A stretch of 64,000 bases of DNA, taken from NCBI GenBank assembly GCA_965153355.1, contig OZ231126.1, positions 10,044,001 through 10,108,000 on the forward strand, in the 5' to 3' direction. Below, piece by piece: positions 49,500 through 64,000 of this stretch. Every line of letters begins with the position of its first letter. Positions within the stretch are counted from its first letter, which is position 1. A program made the position numbers and the translations under genes. The DNA is from Flaccisagitta enflata (lineage: Eukaryota). The notes beneath the pieces were generated by a model. It did no database searches and was not told the origin of the DNA. It was given only the letters and a program-made list of their open reading frames with translations.

Positions 49500-51470
49500 C
49501 TCAACGGAGGTGGGCTTTCTATGTTCAATACGCGATGATGCTAATTTGATCCATCGAGCGAGCGAGCGAAGGAGGCAGGGTGGGGGGGGCTGGATGAGGA
49601 AGCCATTGAGCATGGAGTTGCCATAGACCTGTATGTGCCATCTAGTGTGTGACAAAAATTTTGACCATCGAGTTGAGCAAGGGTTAAAACCGCCAATCCA
49701 CGCTTGCCGGTAGCGAGGGAATAATGGCCAGTGTGGGGAGTTGCGATAACGCATTTTTGTGCAAATGATCGATACGTGATGAGGGCTCATTTGGTCCATC
49801 GAGCGAGGGAGCGGGGGGGGGTAGATTGTATGCGGCTGAGCATGAAGTCGCCCTGATCTGTACTGTTTCGTGTGTGACTCTAAATTTTGATCATGGAATC
49901 TAGCGAACGTTCAAACCACCAATCGACGCGAGACGTTGAGCGAGGGAATGATGAAGGAAGGGGAGTTGTGACGGCGCATTTCTTGTGCTGATGATCGATG
50001 CGTGTTGAGGTTTATTCGATGCAGGGAGGGAGGGAGGAGAGTTGATGCGGCTGAGCATGAAGTCGCCATACGTGTGCACCGTATCGTGTATCCGTATCCG
50101 TATCCGTATCCGTATCCGTATCCGTATCCGTATCCGTATCCGTATCCGTATCGTGTATCGAAGTTGCCCTGATCCGTGTGCGCCGTTTCGTGCGTGACCG
50201 CTTTCTCTCTTTGGCCTCCTGGGAGATGGAATTCACCAGGCGCAGCCTCGGGCGAGAGCCTTTCCAAATATACCTGTCACAGGTTCAGGTGGCCCATGGC
50301 TTCCTATGAAGACTACCTGATGATCTGCTAAGTATATTCCACATGCTTCCCGGAAGCTCCTTTTCAGAGATTCCGATCACATGTGCCATGTTCTGGTGAG
50401 ATAGAATTCAACTGTTACATGGGCCTGACTGTACATTAAGCCACTGACAGGAAATCAATGACCGACCAATGACCCAGTCGATAGCGATCCCAGCCCTTTC
50501 CGATCTAGGTTCTGCCCAGTCTCAGGAAAGTTCGGAGCCGACGGTCTAATCCTGCAAGGACTTAGCTATCCTTACAAAATGTTGACCGTTAACATTGGTC
50601 TTGCCTGCAGTGAAATTGGCTAATTGCACCCCCTTGCGCTTTCGAGGAGGGCACTCAAGGCCAAGTCCTCATTTTGCGCTTTAATCCCCTGCAATCAACC
50701 AATTTACCTGGGTGTAAGCTGTCGCTTACGTACCACGGTCCCCCACTTACTATGTAACTGAGTTACATAGCAGCCCGAGTTTCCGCCGACTAGGAAGTTC
50801 CACTGTAGTATGTTAACTCATACTTCGTTAGACACGGGGGCCTTCAGTATCTCCCCAGCACTATATCAAGTTTTTAACGTGCCCCCGGACCCTCGCAGGT
50901 CCACAGCTTCCTGTTACAGGCAACATTATAGGGACCCGATCCCCCTTATGCTACCAATTTTGACCATCGAATTGAGCGAGCGTACCGACCACCAATTTAT
51001 GCGTCGTCAATGAGCGAGGGAATGATGAAGGAAGGGGAGTTGGGACGGCGCATTTCTTGTGCCGACGGTCGATACATGTTGAGGGTTCATTCGATCCATC
51101 GAGCGAGAGAGCGAGGGAGGTAGGTTGTATGCGGCTGAGCATGAAGTTGCCCTGATTCATGTGCGCCGTTTCGTGCGTGACACCAATTTTTGATTATGGA
51201 ATCGAGCGAACGATCAAACCACCAATCTACGCGTCGTCATTGAGCGAGGGAATGATGATGGAAGGGGAGTTGGGACGGCGCATTTCTTGTGCCGACGATC
51301 GATACATGTTGAGGGTTCATTCGATCCATCGAGCGAGAGAGCGAGGGAGGTAGGCGTATGCGGCTGAGCATGAAGTTGCCCTGATCCGTGTGTGCCGTTT
51401 CGTGCGTGACACCAATTTTGACCATCGAATTGAGCGAGCGTACCGACCACCAATTTATGCGTCGTCAACG
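49500..51470. repeat. Degenerate ~230-bp tandem repeat interrupted by a ~750-bp unrelated segment (~50200-50950)
   Basis: Repeated GCGGCTGAGCATGAAGTTGCCCTGAT and GAGCGAGGGAATGATG blocks; a (TATCCG)n run at ~50090-50150. Confidence 0.75.
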
Positions 51471-52522
51471 TCGATTGAGATGTCAAGAACCATGCAGGAG
51501 TGACGAAGGCGAACGGGAGAGTTGAGAAATCGCCAGGAGTGCGGGAAAGACTTCACAGCAGAGATTTGGACGTGATGTCGAGCTGAAATTCAATGGCGGA
51601 CCACCGAAGGGAAAAACTCCCAGCTTATCCGTGTATCTTCGTACTAGAGAAGCAGAAGTTGACGATCAGCCAATATGAGTTGAGTCTATATCTTATACGT
51701 AAGTGAAGGCACTCAGCCATGTGAAACAGTAATAGGATGAAAATCAACGATTATGAGACATGTTATTGAGATAAGAAAAAAATGGAGAGACAAGAAAGGA
51801 TTACCCTCTTGGAGGAAATTGATATTTCGTGATTATGATAGGTTGAGCTGAGGTAGGAGTACAATTTTAGAGTAACGGTATTATATATTACAAGACTAAA
51901 AGGTGTTAAAGATTGGTGGAGAAGGACGTAGGCCTTACTCCATGAAATTTCATCGTAATGGTAAAGGGGAAGCTATAGGAAATCGTAAAAGCACAAAAAA
52001 TTTGCAAAAGCACAAAAAATTTGATTGGGTAGGAGGGAAACTATAGATAAACTTATATGGTGAGGTAAGGGTGGGGGGGGGGGGGTACGTCCAAAGAGAA
52101 CAAAGGAAAGGGCCCGACTTTGACGGGCAGATAGACAAAGGCAGGTATAGTAGGATGGTTGATAGACTGATAAGGGGCGGGCGGAAAGATTGGAGTGGAT
52201 AATGAGTCATTGCGTACACATCGTAAGGATAGAATCTATTGAACATTCTGTTGGATTTGACAGAATTATAACAGCTATATTGATAGTGATTCATTAATTT
52301 GCGATATAAACTGATCAGCGGAAATAAGGGGAGGAAGACAGAATATGAATAGAAGGGAGATTAACTCAAGAAAGGGATGGGGAAGGGGGGGGGGTAGGGA
52401 AGAAGCAAAGGACGAGAGGAGTATTGGAAAGAGTTCATAAAGAAAGGAGAAAGAAGGAAAGAACAAAAAGGAAAGAGAAACAGAAAGAAAGAATGAAAGA
52501 GAGAAAAGAAAGCAAGAAAAGC

Positions 52523-52553
<31 letters not shown>

Positions 52554-53739
52554 TAGGGGAGAGAGAAAGGAAGAAAGAAGGAAACAAAGAAAGAAAGAAA
52601 GAAAGAAAGAAAGGATGAAAAGAGGGAAGCAAGGAAAGAAAGAAAGAAAGGAAGAAAGAAAGAAAAGGCAAAGAAAGGAAGAAAGAAGGAAAGTGAGAGG
52701 GAAAGGGAAAGAATAAAGAAAAGAAGAAAGAAAGATATCAAGAAAGTAAAACGTGTAGAGAAGGAGGAAATAGGAAGTAAGGATGAAATTGTATTTTGGG
52801 TAGTATAGTACAAAGAAGATAGAACTTAATCATCTGTTGAAGAAATCATTTGAGGTTCGTTGATAGGCATGCATTAACGACGATGAGAGCGACGAAAAAA
52901 AAAACGTCGAGAGGATGATCATTTTGGTTGAGATGAAAAAAAGGTGATGTTGGGTTACGTGTCAAGCAGATAAGCAGGGGTAATCGATATAAACTGCAAC
53001 TACCATTACTCTCTAGCATAGATATAAACATGGCGGATTTATAAAAGGCTAATTTTTTATTGTTTCCAATTCGTGCAAACGGACCGACGGATGGATCAAT
53101 AGACGGAAGGATAGAGCGTTTTATGTATTAATGTGTACGCAAAACAAAGAATGCAATAAAAGATTGATTCAATGCATGCTAGGTATTGAAATGAAAGGAT
53201 TTGTAACATCTACTCGTTGTATGCGGTACTAGTAGAATGTATTACTTAATAAAATTAGTGAGGACTGAAAGTTGTCAGTTTTGTTTTAAGTTTGCCGTGA
53301 ATGATGGTGTCATGTAGTTAGCGATGGGAATGAAAGAAAGATAGAAGAGAAGGATAATAATATATAGAAATAAGGCCGGACACGTGGCAATTCAGTCGCG
53401 GACGGTTGGGGAGGAGCAGTAATGCAAAACGCTCGCAACTCAGATGTGTCAGGGGCGGACTGACGGACTGACAGATTGACGGACCGATCGACACGGCGTG
53501 TCCGAGATTAAAGTGTAGTGTTGATTTACGTCTGTCATGATTGAGAGGGGCTTGAAGGTATGAAACGAGTTAATGGTAACCGTGCGGAACATCAGAGTCA
53601 AAGGTGGTGGTTGGGGGAGGGAGGGGGGGGGTGTGCGGTATAGAACTACATCTGGGTAATCGAAAGCTTGGATCATGCAGTTAGAGTGCTTATTGGCCAA
53701 AGTCGTTGTTCAAATAAGAATGCGAGTTAATGTTATTGT

Positions 53740-53820
53740 GGTATGTTGTTGTTGTTGTTGTTGTTGTTATTGTTGTTATTTTTGTTATTGTTGTTATTGT
53801 TGTTATTGTTGTTATTGTTT

Positions 53821-53876
<56 letters not shown>

Positions 53877-53960
53877 ATTGTTATTGTTATTGTTGTTGTT
53901 GATGTTGTTATTGTTATTGTTGTTAATATTGTTGTTGTTGTTGTTGTTAACATTGTTTTC
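53740..53960. repeat. (TGT/TAT)n microsatellite
   Basis: Simple repeat. Confidence 0.95.
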
Positions 53961-54322
53961 TGTTGTTTTACCTTAGAATTTGATGGACAGTTGATGCGGA
54001 AGGGAAGCGTGTACACGCTGATTGGCAATCGAAATTGTCACGGCGGTAAAGCGAATTCAGACCGATTACAACGACAACCCGGATGTGTGGACTTCAGAAT
54101 GACGTAAGAGATAGCGATCGATAAACAGCATAGGGACTGAAAATATCAAGGGCTTTGAATGGAAAAAGCCGGTTGGACGGTGATTATCTAATGTTGGTCG
54201 TAATTGGGAGTTGAACAGGACAGAAGGTATGGACATTAATGTTTGGACAAAAACGTGTTTAGATCAGGGTCAAGATGGTAATTATACGTGTGAGCGCCAG
54301 TCATTGGAGAAGGAGAGAGAGC

Positions 54323-54387
<65 letters not shown>

Positions 54388-54400
54388 AGCAGAAAAGGAT

Positions 54401-55567
54401 TCATACCTCATTGTCTCGGGTGTTGGTTGAGCGTGAATTGGCACCTGCTGTGAGAAAAAGATGCGTTTTCCCATGGGTTCTCTCCGGCTTGGCAGGCGGG
54501 GAAAGGATGATTGACCGACGGCGATTATGTTTGGTTGTGATAATATCGAGTTTTGACGAGAGCTCCGCTACCTGCGATCTCAGTTCGTTAATTGAAAGGT
54601 ACAGTTCTGTTATATTTTCGTAAGTTATTTTGTCCATGTTTGTTGCGTGGCCAAGTCCTGCCTCCTCTCTCATCTTTTGTGCTAGGAGTGCTTGCTGTCT
54701 TTCTTTTGCGGCCTTGCGAAAGCCTAAATACTCTTTTGTTCTTTTAAACAATACAAAGCAGAGCTTCATGGCATCAGAAATTTTAACACCTTTCTTATAA
54801 GCAACAAGACATAAGATTAGGCAATAGAACGTATAAAAACCTGAATAAGCCGTGGTTGCGAGGGCAAAAAAACGACGAAACTGAAGTTTGAATAAAATAA
54901 GCGCGTTACACGAATTTATGCCACAGATGGAACACTCAATACGGTAGACAAGTTCGTATATTGCCTGAATGGAGAATAAATTCGTTGCCTTGATTCCCGT
55001 ATCGTGCCCTTGCATCGCGTGACCTGTTGCGACGGAGAAACTTCTTGATTTCGCCTCAGCTATTAATGTATTTTTCAGGTTTTGATGCATGTTCTTGGGT
55101 GTTGGGCAGGGGATATGTTCCGGCTCGGGGACGATTACATAATTTCCGTCGACGAAGACAATTTCGTTATTATCCAGCCTGCGGGCTCGCGTTGATTGAC
55201 CTGCAAAACAAGTACTAGATGGGATATGGTTTACCGTGACCGCGTCACATTTCAGTTTGTAGAGATGCGTGGAGTGGCCAATGAGCACAGTGGGAGGGAA
55301 TTCCTCGTGAATGTAAGCTGCACCCTTGTAGAAGGCGTCAGAAACCGCCTTTCGTGGCGATTCTTTGATTTGGTGTTTTGTCAGTTTGACCGCTTTGGAT
55401 GTGTTAAAGCAGTCTGCTGCTACGTAAGCCATGTTATTTTGGGTGTTTCTTTTAGATCTTGAGACGTCTGTCTGGTTGTCTGTCTCATTGTTTAGGTCAG
55501 AGATTAACGCCATTGTTGTGATGAACAGCAGGAATGCTGCAGCCAGAACGTTGAAGAAGTCACCCAT
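54401..55567 (-). CDS. Intronless type I membrane protein, putative viral envelope glycoprotein-derived ORF (388 aa from ATG 55567)
   Basis: Hydrophobic N-terminus, RSKR furin-like site, Cys-containing ectodomain, TM segment and coiled-coil tail; an open frame in otherwise repeat-rich DNA. Confidence 0.55.
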   Translation of the reverse strand: MGDFFNVLAAAFLLFITTMALISDLNNETDNQTDVSRSKRNTQNNMAYVAADCFNTSKAVKLTKHQIKESPRKAVSDAFYKGAAYIHEEFPPTVLIGHSTHLYKLKCDAVTVNHIPSSTCFAGQSTRARRLDNNEIVFVDGNYVIVPEPEHIPCPTPKNMHQNLKNTLIAEAKSRSFSVATGHAMQGHDTGIKATNLFSIQAIYELVYRIECSICGINSCNALILFKLQFRRFFALATTAYSGFYTFYCLILCLVAYKKGVKISDAMKLCFVLFKRTKEYLGFRKAAKERQQALLAQKMREEAGLGHATNMDKITYENITELYLSINELRSQVAELSSKLDIITTKHNRRRSIILSPPAKPERTHGKTHLFLTAGANSRSTNTRDNEV

Positions 55568-55890
55568 GATATCACCGAATGACCACCGTGTAACGAAGGA
55601 AGAAGTAAACAATTGATTCGTACGAACAATGCGCCTCCCGATCGCCTCTTGAGAAATTGAAATCGCCTCTTGAGAACTACAGATCGCTCCTATTCAGCCG
55701 CGGATCCTGATTGTGCGCTCGAAGGGATGGTTTATATATGACTTAGTGAAGGACAAAAACAGGGGGGGAATGAGGTATAGCGTGGGAAGGGTGGTAGGGT
55801 TCGTCCTGGAAAACAAAATGATAGAAATAAGAATAACGGGAAAAGGGAGGGAAGAGAGAAATACTGCGAGAATTGGCGCGAGAGAGAAAA

Positions 55891-57730
<1,840 letters not shown>

Positions 57731-59994
57731 AAGGGTTGGAAGAATAAAAATGAATAGAAGACAAAAGGATAAGGAAGATAAAGAAAAGGAACAAGTAACG
57801 CAGGGGTTACAGTATCGTTGTGGACGGGTGGGCAGGGGCGACTAAACCCCCCCCCCCAGCTTCATCTAACCTTATCTTTACACGCTAACACACACTTACT
57901 TATCAGTGACAACTGCGGCATTATAAAATGCACTTCCTCGAGTTTTCAACTTCAGCGCGACGGGCCAACCGACCGATTGACCGACCGACCAACCAACCGA
58001 TGGACGGACGGACAAAATATCTTATAGAGTAGTATGTCTGCAACCGAAAGGGAAGGCGGGGGAAAAGGAAGATGAAGAAGAAAGAGAAAAGGGACTCATG
58101 GTTAGCGGGAGGGGTTGAAAAAGAAGAGGCAGGAAGAGGAAGAAGAGAAGTAAAAAGGAGAGAATCATTTCTGGCATGGGGAGCTGTCTTGTCGTGCGAG
58201 CGGTAAAACCCGAGAGATCCGTGTTTTTTTTCTCCGTATAGAAGTGATCATGACGCTCGACGGACCTCACCCAAACGAAGAGTTGGGTGGGGCGAGTTAC
58301 GAACCCGTCCTCCTCATCCTCCCGTCATTGATTCGGTGGAAATAAATTGACGGCGCACCGATGGACCGCACATTCGATTACATCTGTCAAAGATATCACT
58401 CGAAAGAGGGAAATCAACAAAAATTTAGTAATTCTGCTGTACCAAGAAAACGTTTTCTTTAAAACTTTATCGGCGACAATAACAACAAAACCAAACAAAA
58501 CAAAACAAAACAAAACAAAACAAAACAAAACAAAACAAAACAAAACAAAACAAAACAAAACAAAACAGAACAACAAAAAAATAACAAAAACAACATCCCA
58601 GAAAACTTATCTTTTATTATTGGATTACAATTGAAAAAATAAAAATGAAGGAATCACACGACGAGAGGGGAAACGACGCCGAGGGTACATCTGGAGGAAT
58701 AATCGTCAAGGTAAATTGAATCGTTATTGAAAACCTGGTTATTGTAGATGTACGCAGGTGGGCAGGGGCGGTGGCATGGAGTCCCACTTGTTTATAATAT
58801 AAGGCACTTAAGAATCGGGGGGCTTAAGAATTGTGAAGAAAGATGGTTAGACAGACAGATAGATAGACAGACAGAGAGACAGACAGACAGAAAGACAAAA
58901 GACAGATGGTGCATAAGAATCGTGAGTTTTTGGGGAAGAGAAGGGCACTACGTATTGAGTAGAAAGCCGACCAACGGACTATAAGACAACAGACAGACAG
59001 ACTGATAGGCAGACAGGCAGACAGGCAGACAGGCAGACAGGCAGACTGACAGACAGACGGGCAGATAGACAGACAGATGGACCAGACTAATCTTATGAAG
59101 GAAAGAGGACGAGAACGGTCATTATCTATTGACTGACAGACAGATGATTAGATGGAGAGACAGCCAGACAAACAGACATAAATACAGACAGGCTGCATGA
59201 GGAGTTGTGTCGATTGAACCGTAAAAAAGGAGAAATAATTTGGAAGGAATTTTAAAGAATAAATTTTAGCGGGGGGGGGAAAGGATTATAAAGGTGTGAA
59301 TTAAAGCCCGTAGTACTGAAAGTTGGAGTACAGCATTAAGAAACTTAAAGCCCAAAAAAAAATCTGTCGCGGATGGTTGGGCAGGAGCAGTAATGCAAGA
59401 GCAAGATGTCAGGGACGGACTAACCTACCGACCTACCGACCAACATGGCAAGGTGTCTAGTCGCAAAAAAAGATAGACTCAGGAGGGGGGTGATTTTTTT
59501 ATCCTGTATAAAATGATTCGTAAATCAATTGATGTGTTTATAAAGTATTGAGGCAGTTATTGATGAAATTAAAACATTAAAGCATATATTAAACAAGGCC
59601 GGATACACGGCCATCAGTTGCGGACGGGTGGGCAGGGGCGGAATTGCGCGTTTTTCACTTTTCAACTTGAGCGTGACGGACCGACCAACCGACCAACCGA
59701 CCGACCGACGGACCAAGCCTCTTATAGAGTTGCGTGTCCGCAAAAAATTTCATAAATTGGTTCATAATATGAATTGATTCATGAATCAATTAATGATAGT
59801 ATAGAGCATTGAAGAATAATGGTTGAACGTTGCCTGAACATACATTTTACCTGAGCAAGCGAACGAGCGAGCGTACCCGCCGGTCGAACGCACCCGTTGA
59901 CATGAATGAAGACACCTGTCCGTTCATTTCATTTCTTATTTGTTTATTTTATTTCTTAATCGGTTCAATTTGTTTCGTATTATTTCGTTTCGTT

Positions 59995-60027
59995 NNNNNN
60001 NNNNNNNNNNNNNNNNNNNNNNNNNNN
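59995..60027. other. Assembly gap (N run)
   Basis: 33 Ns. Confidence 1.
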
Positions 60028-61271
60028 CCACCCTACCTTTGAACCCACCCCTAACCTTAAACCCACCTCTAACTCAAACCCAGCCTAAACCTACCCCTAA
60101 ACCCACCCCTAACCCTAAACCAACCCCTACCCCAAACCCTAAACCCACCCCTACCCCAAACCTACCCTTAACCCTAAATCAACAAGATAAAATCAAAGAA
60201 TCATCGATAAATCAACATAAATCAACAAGAAATCAATAACTCGACGTAAGAAGTAGAAGCGAGAGTGAGAAATAGTCGAGAGAGGCCGAAACTCGGCTGA
60301 AAACGAAAACAAAGACATCGCTCTAGTCCGGTCGTCTCCTACACGTAGACCAAAAAGTAAAGTTTGACAGACCAACGGATGGGAGGACGGATGGACGGAC
60401 GGACAAAGCAGGCTGTGCCTGTAGTCTACAATGTAGAGTCGCGTGCACGCGACTAAAATTGCGATGTTCATTTGTTATGTTGTGCAACCCTTGAAGCACA
60501 GATGGAGAGCCTTGTTCCATCTACGTCAACCCATCGCCTATAATCCTGTTGCTTCTAGAAAATGATAATGTTTGTCACCCCCGTTTGCGCGTTACAACGC
60601 CGCTTTTCTCAGCCGTCCCCGGAATGGGCGTAACCTGCCGGTCCTGAAGCATCTCTCTCAACTCTGACAACAGTTATCCTCCCTTTAATCATCTCATTGA
60701 ATGAAAAAATCACCGGGTACACGCGGCGTGTTCTAGCAGGACGGATCATCCACTGTCCTCAGCCTAGGGCCCCGTCCTGATAGGCCGCCTCATTAAATAG
60801 AGATGTCGTGATTATTTGTAACTCTTTTATTGGAAGAAAGAAAAAATTGTTTTCGGCGTAATTTGATAATTGATAGATGCCTTTTCCTCTTGTTTTCCAG
60901 AAAAAAATAGGCCAGGCAGAGTTATCGTGCCCCTTGTAGTACCGGTACTACCGTGCCCTAGGGTTATAGTACCCCTCCAATCCCCTCTTAAATGATTCCC
61001 CCTTTTTGATTAGCCGATCTTTTTTAAAGAACTATTATGACGCACTGAAATTAAAGTAAGAGGAATTTACCCAGAGGACAAAGCTACCATTCACTTCACT
61101 ATTTTTGCTTACGTCAATGCTTGTGTGTATTTTTTTGTACTGAAATGTATAAACTTACATGAGGAAACGGAACTGTCACTGTCAAACGACAAAAATGCAA
61201 AAACATTGAAGGAGATTCGATTCTAATGAGACTAAAAAGTGAAAAAAATAGTGACAATCATTTCAGTAACT

Positions 61272-61420
61272 GCTCATTGAAAATTTTAAATTTGCATAAA
61301 AAATCCAAATATCATTAAAATAAGAACATAGCGCCCTCAGCATATGCTTTAGGAATCGCGCTATGTTCTTGTTTTGTTGATATTTTGATTTTCTATGCAA
61401 ATTTAAAATTTTCAATGAGC
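61272..61420. repeat. Long imperfect palindrome
   Basis: GCTCATTGAAAATTTTAAATTTGCATA...AGAACATAGCGC / GCGCTATGTTCT...TATGCAAATTTAAAATTTTCAATGAGC. Confidence 0.85.
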
Positions 61421-61679
61421 CATGGTACATTGACAAAAGAAGTTTTTTATTGTATTTCCCATATTTTTTTTCAGCTCAAAAGTAAAGGATTGGAGTTCAA
61501 AACTGGCATATGCAAGTCAATTCATGCAAAATATGGCTGTTGACAGTTTAATTGAAAACATAAAAACAAAAATTATCATTAAATTTCATTTTAAAAATTT
61601 CATGATTTATCTAGCTCGGGTAGCAAATTCTATGGCAATATTCAGTGCGTCTTATTAACCTCAAAGGGGGACGCTCAAC

Positions 61680-61727
<48 letters not shown>

Positions 61728-62664
61728 TGTGTATCTTTTCTTTTCAGAAAAAAAATCTCCCACAAAAAATAAGAGGAGAAAAGAGAGATAGAGGAAGAAA
61801 TTACGAAAAACACAAAAACAGAAAAAGGTTATCATCCTTGTCCTTCTTAAACCTGTCCCAATGAATGTATAAATTCCAATTTAAAGGAACTGCAATATTT
61901 TTAAAAGAGGGGAACTACAGTGTATTACAAAATCCATAATTTCTTTCCCGTCTTTACACCTACAGTACCTAGAACTTTTACCGTACCCCCTGAAGGTACT
62001 GCAGTGAGGGGTACTGAGACAATATTTTTCCGTCCTGATAGGTTCACAAGATTAGCAGGAGGGGGGGGGGAAGAGATCCCGCGCGCTCTGCTGAAAGAAA
62101 AAAATATTCATTGCGCGACGCTCCTGTAATTTCATCTATTTACCTGTTATTCTTTCTTTTACTGGAAACGGGAGAGATAACATAATTTAGAAATAGACCG
62201 GTGTGTCAGTGGTGTCGGAGGTATTGCTGAAACTCCCTCAAAGTTGACGGCACACGGCACAAATGACAGGATAACCAGTCATCCAAGGGCAATATGTGGT
62301 CAGCGATACCCGTTGCCCTGCCTTCTATGTTTGTCAATGCAGATGATGGTTGGTAGGGCAGCTGCTCCAAAGAGGTTGATGTCCTGTAGAACCCAGGGGG
62401 ACTCCTGTTCTATTAGGTTTGAGAGCACCATTGAATAACATGGAAAATTGATGAAAAAGTAAAAAAAATGCAAAAGTTTCTATTGAATAGCATAGAAAAT
62501 TGACCAATGACCAATAAATGAAAAATGAGTAATCCACATCGAATGATATAGAAAATTGACAGGAAAATGTAAAAAATGTAGAATTATCATTGAATGACAT
62601 AGGAAATTGACAAAAAATGATGGAATATAAGATCCCCATTGAATAGCATGGGAAATTGACAAAA

Positions 62665-62850
62665 AACAAGGCCGGATACACGGCTACCCCAGTCGCGTGC
62701 GGGTGGGCAGGGGCCATAATTGAGGTCAACGGAGCATTTGGGCAGGAGCAGTAAGGTCAAAAACCCCATTAACGCCAAAAAAGTAGTGTGACGGACCGAC
62801 GGACGGACGGACGGACAAAGCGGGGTGTAGTCGCGTAGCACGCGACTAAA
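62665..62850 (-). mobile_element. Member of a dispersed short element family (AGTCGCG..CACGCGACT hairpin plus (GGAC)n)
   Basis: Similar motifs at ~32540, 40435, 42465, 60437 and 63797; AACAAGGCCGGATACACGGC end. Confidence 0.6.
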
Positions 62851-64000
62851 AATAAGAAATTATTATCCCTATTGAATAATAATGATAATAATAATAATGG
62901 GAAATTAAAAAAATTATCAAAAAATAATATTGAATTCCGATTGAATAGTATGGAAAATTGAAAAAAATGTAGAATTCCCATTGAATATCATGGTGAAGTT
63001 GACAAGTCTCCCCATCGTCCCCCTCGGAGCCGCTGTCCATAAAAGGAATACAAGTATTAAGCAACAAGGGGTCTTTGATGTGGGGGGGGGGGGTAGAGAT
63101 GGTGAGTGGGGCCGAATTACCTATTTTTATTATTGTTTGTTTAGGTATATGTAGTGGGGTGTAACTGCAGGAGTCCTTGAAGGCGAGGGCCTTCATACTC
63201 GGGTGAATTTCATGTTATAAAGTGAAGATATAACCTTAAAGTACTTATGCAAGTCCTGATTGGGTTACCTTGGGCCTAACATGACTGAAGTGTTTCTCAA
63301 CGGCTTCCGTGGAAAGAAAGTCAAGATAAATAGGGAAAAAACAGGGGAAAGAAAAATGAAGAAAAGGTCGCAAAAGCGTTACATGGTCAGCCGTACCCGA
63401 TGTCCCTTGTTAAGTTGATTTATTTAAGGATGTGATAGTGAGAGGAGCAGTGGCTCTGGAGGGGCCGATAACTAATGATTCCGCCAAAGATGATTTTTTT
63501 AGTTAAGGTCTGAGACTCTGAGTCTTTTTTTAGAGGTGGATAGGGAGGGGCAAAAAATAAACTGGTGAAATCGCCCTATAAGGAATTATAGATCATCAAC
63601 CCCTCCGGCCGCTGCCCAAAAATGGAAGAAAGAAGAACAGGAAAAAGAATGATTGTGAAAGTCGTCGATCTAGATCTACGAAGAACAAGTCCGTATTCAC
63701 TCACCCTCAGTCGCGGACGGGTGGGCAGGAGCGGGAAATAACAAATTTGACGGATCGACGGACGGACCGACGGACGGACCGACAGACAAGTTCAAGAGTC
63801 GCGTGTACGCGACAAAAAAAGGGGATAGAGATATAAAGAGAGAATGAGAAAGCAAATAGAATGGAGATTGAAAGAAGAATAACGACAAAGCAACAAAAAC
63901 GTGATACTAAAAGTATCGAAAATGTATGAATTACAGTAGCTCACCATACAAAACGGTTCGATTTTGTCGGCCTACATTTTATGATGGAGTGGTCGGATCA

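Noticed and set aside
50310-50350. Hammerhead ribozyme (CTGATGA)
   Set aside because: No GAAA core or flanking stems are visible.
60028-60180. True telomere
   Set aside because: Degenerate CCCTAA/CCCAAA variants, internal and next to a gap; more likely part of a repeat element.

Overview
Eukaryotic (invertebrate animal-like) genomic DNA with spliceosomal introns, microsatellites and many small transposons; no prokaryotic features. The first ~48 kb holds seven closely spaced genes, all on the minus strand: protein disulfide isomerase (3' end outside the window), BRD7/9-like, F-actin capping protein alpha, VPS11, a REXO5-like exonuclease, LSM8 and the 3' half of an SLC3A/GH13-like gene. A near-intact CR1-type LINE sits in a PDI intron. 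A DIRS-type tyrosine-recombinase retrotransposon sits in a CAPZA intron, inside the terminal repeat of an older MITE. Its internal complementary region (ICR) is unusually near the 5' end and appears to lie inside a phase-1 intron splitting the gag-like ORF. Other highlights: a CAC-ended MITE with a 5-bp TSD and RSS-like asymmetric ends; a nested antisense gene fusing a Cys-rich hevein-like module to a VMO-I-like domain; a 1.35-kb insertion inside an SLC3A coding exon; tandem duplications of exon/intron junctions; and an intronless membrane-protein ORF with motifs resembling chuvirus/gB-like glycoproteins in the repeat-rich last 16 kb. All homology calls come from motif recognition by eye, not database searches.
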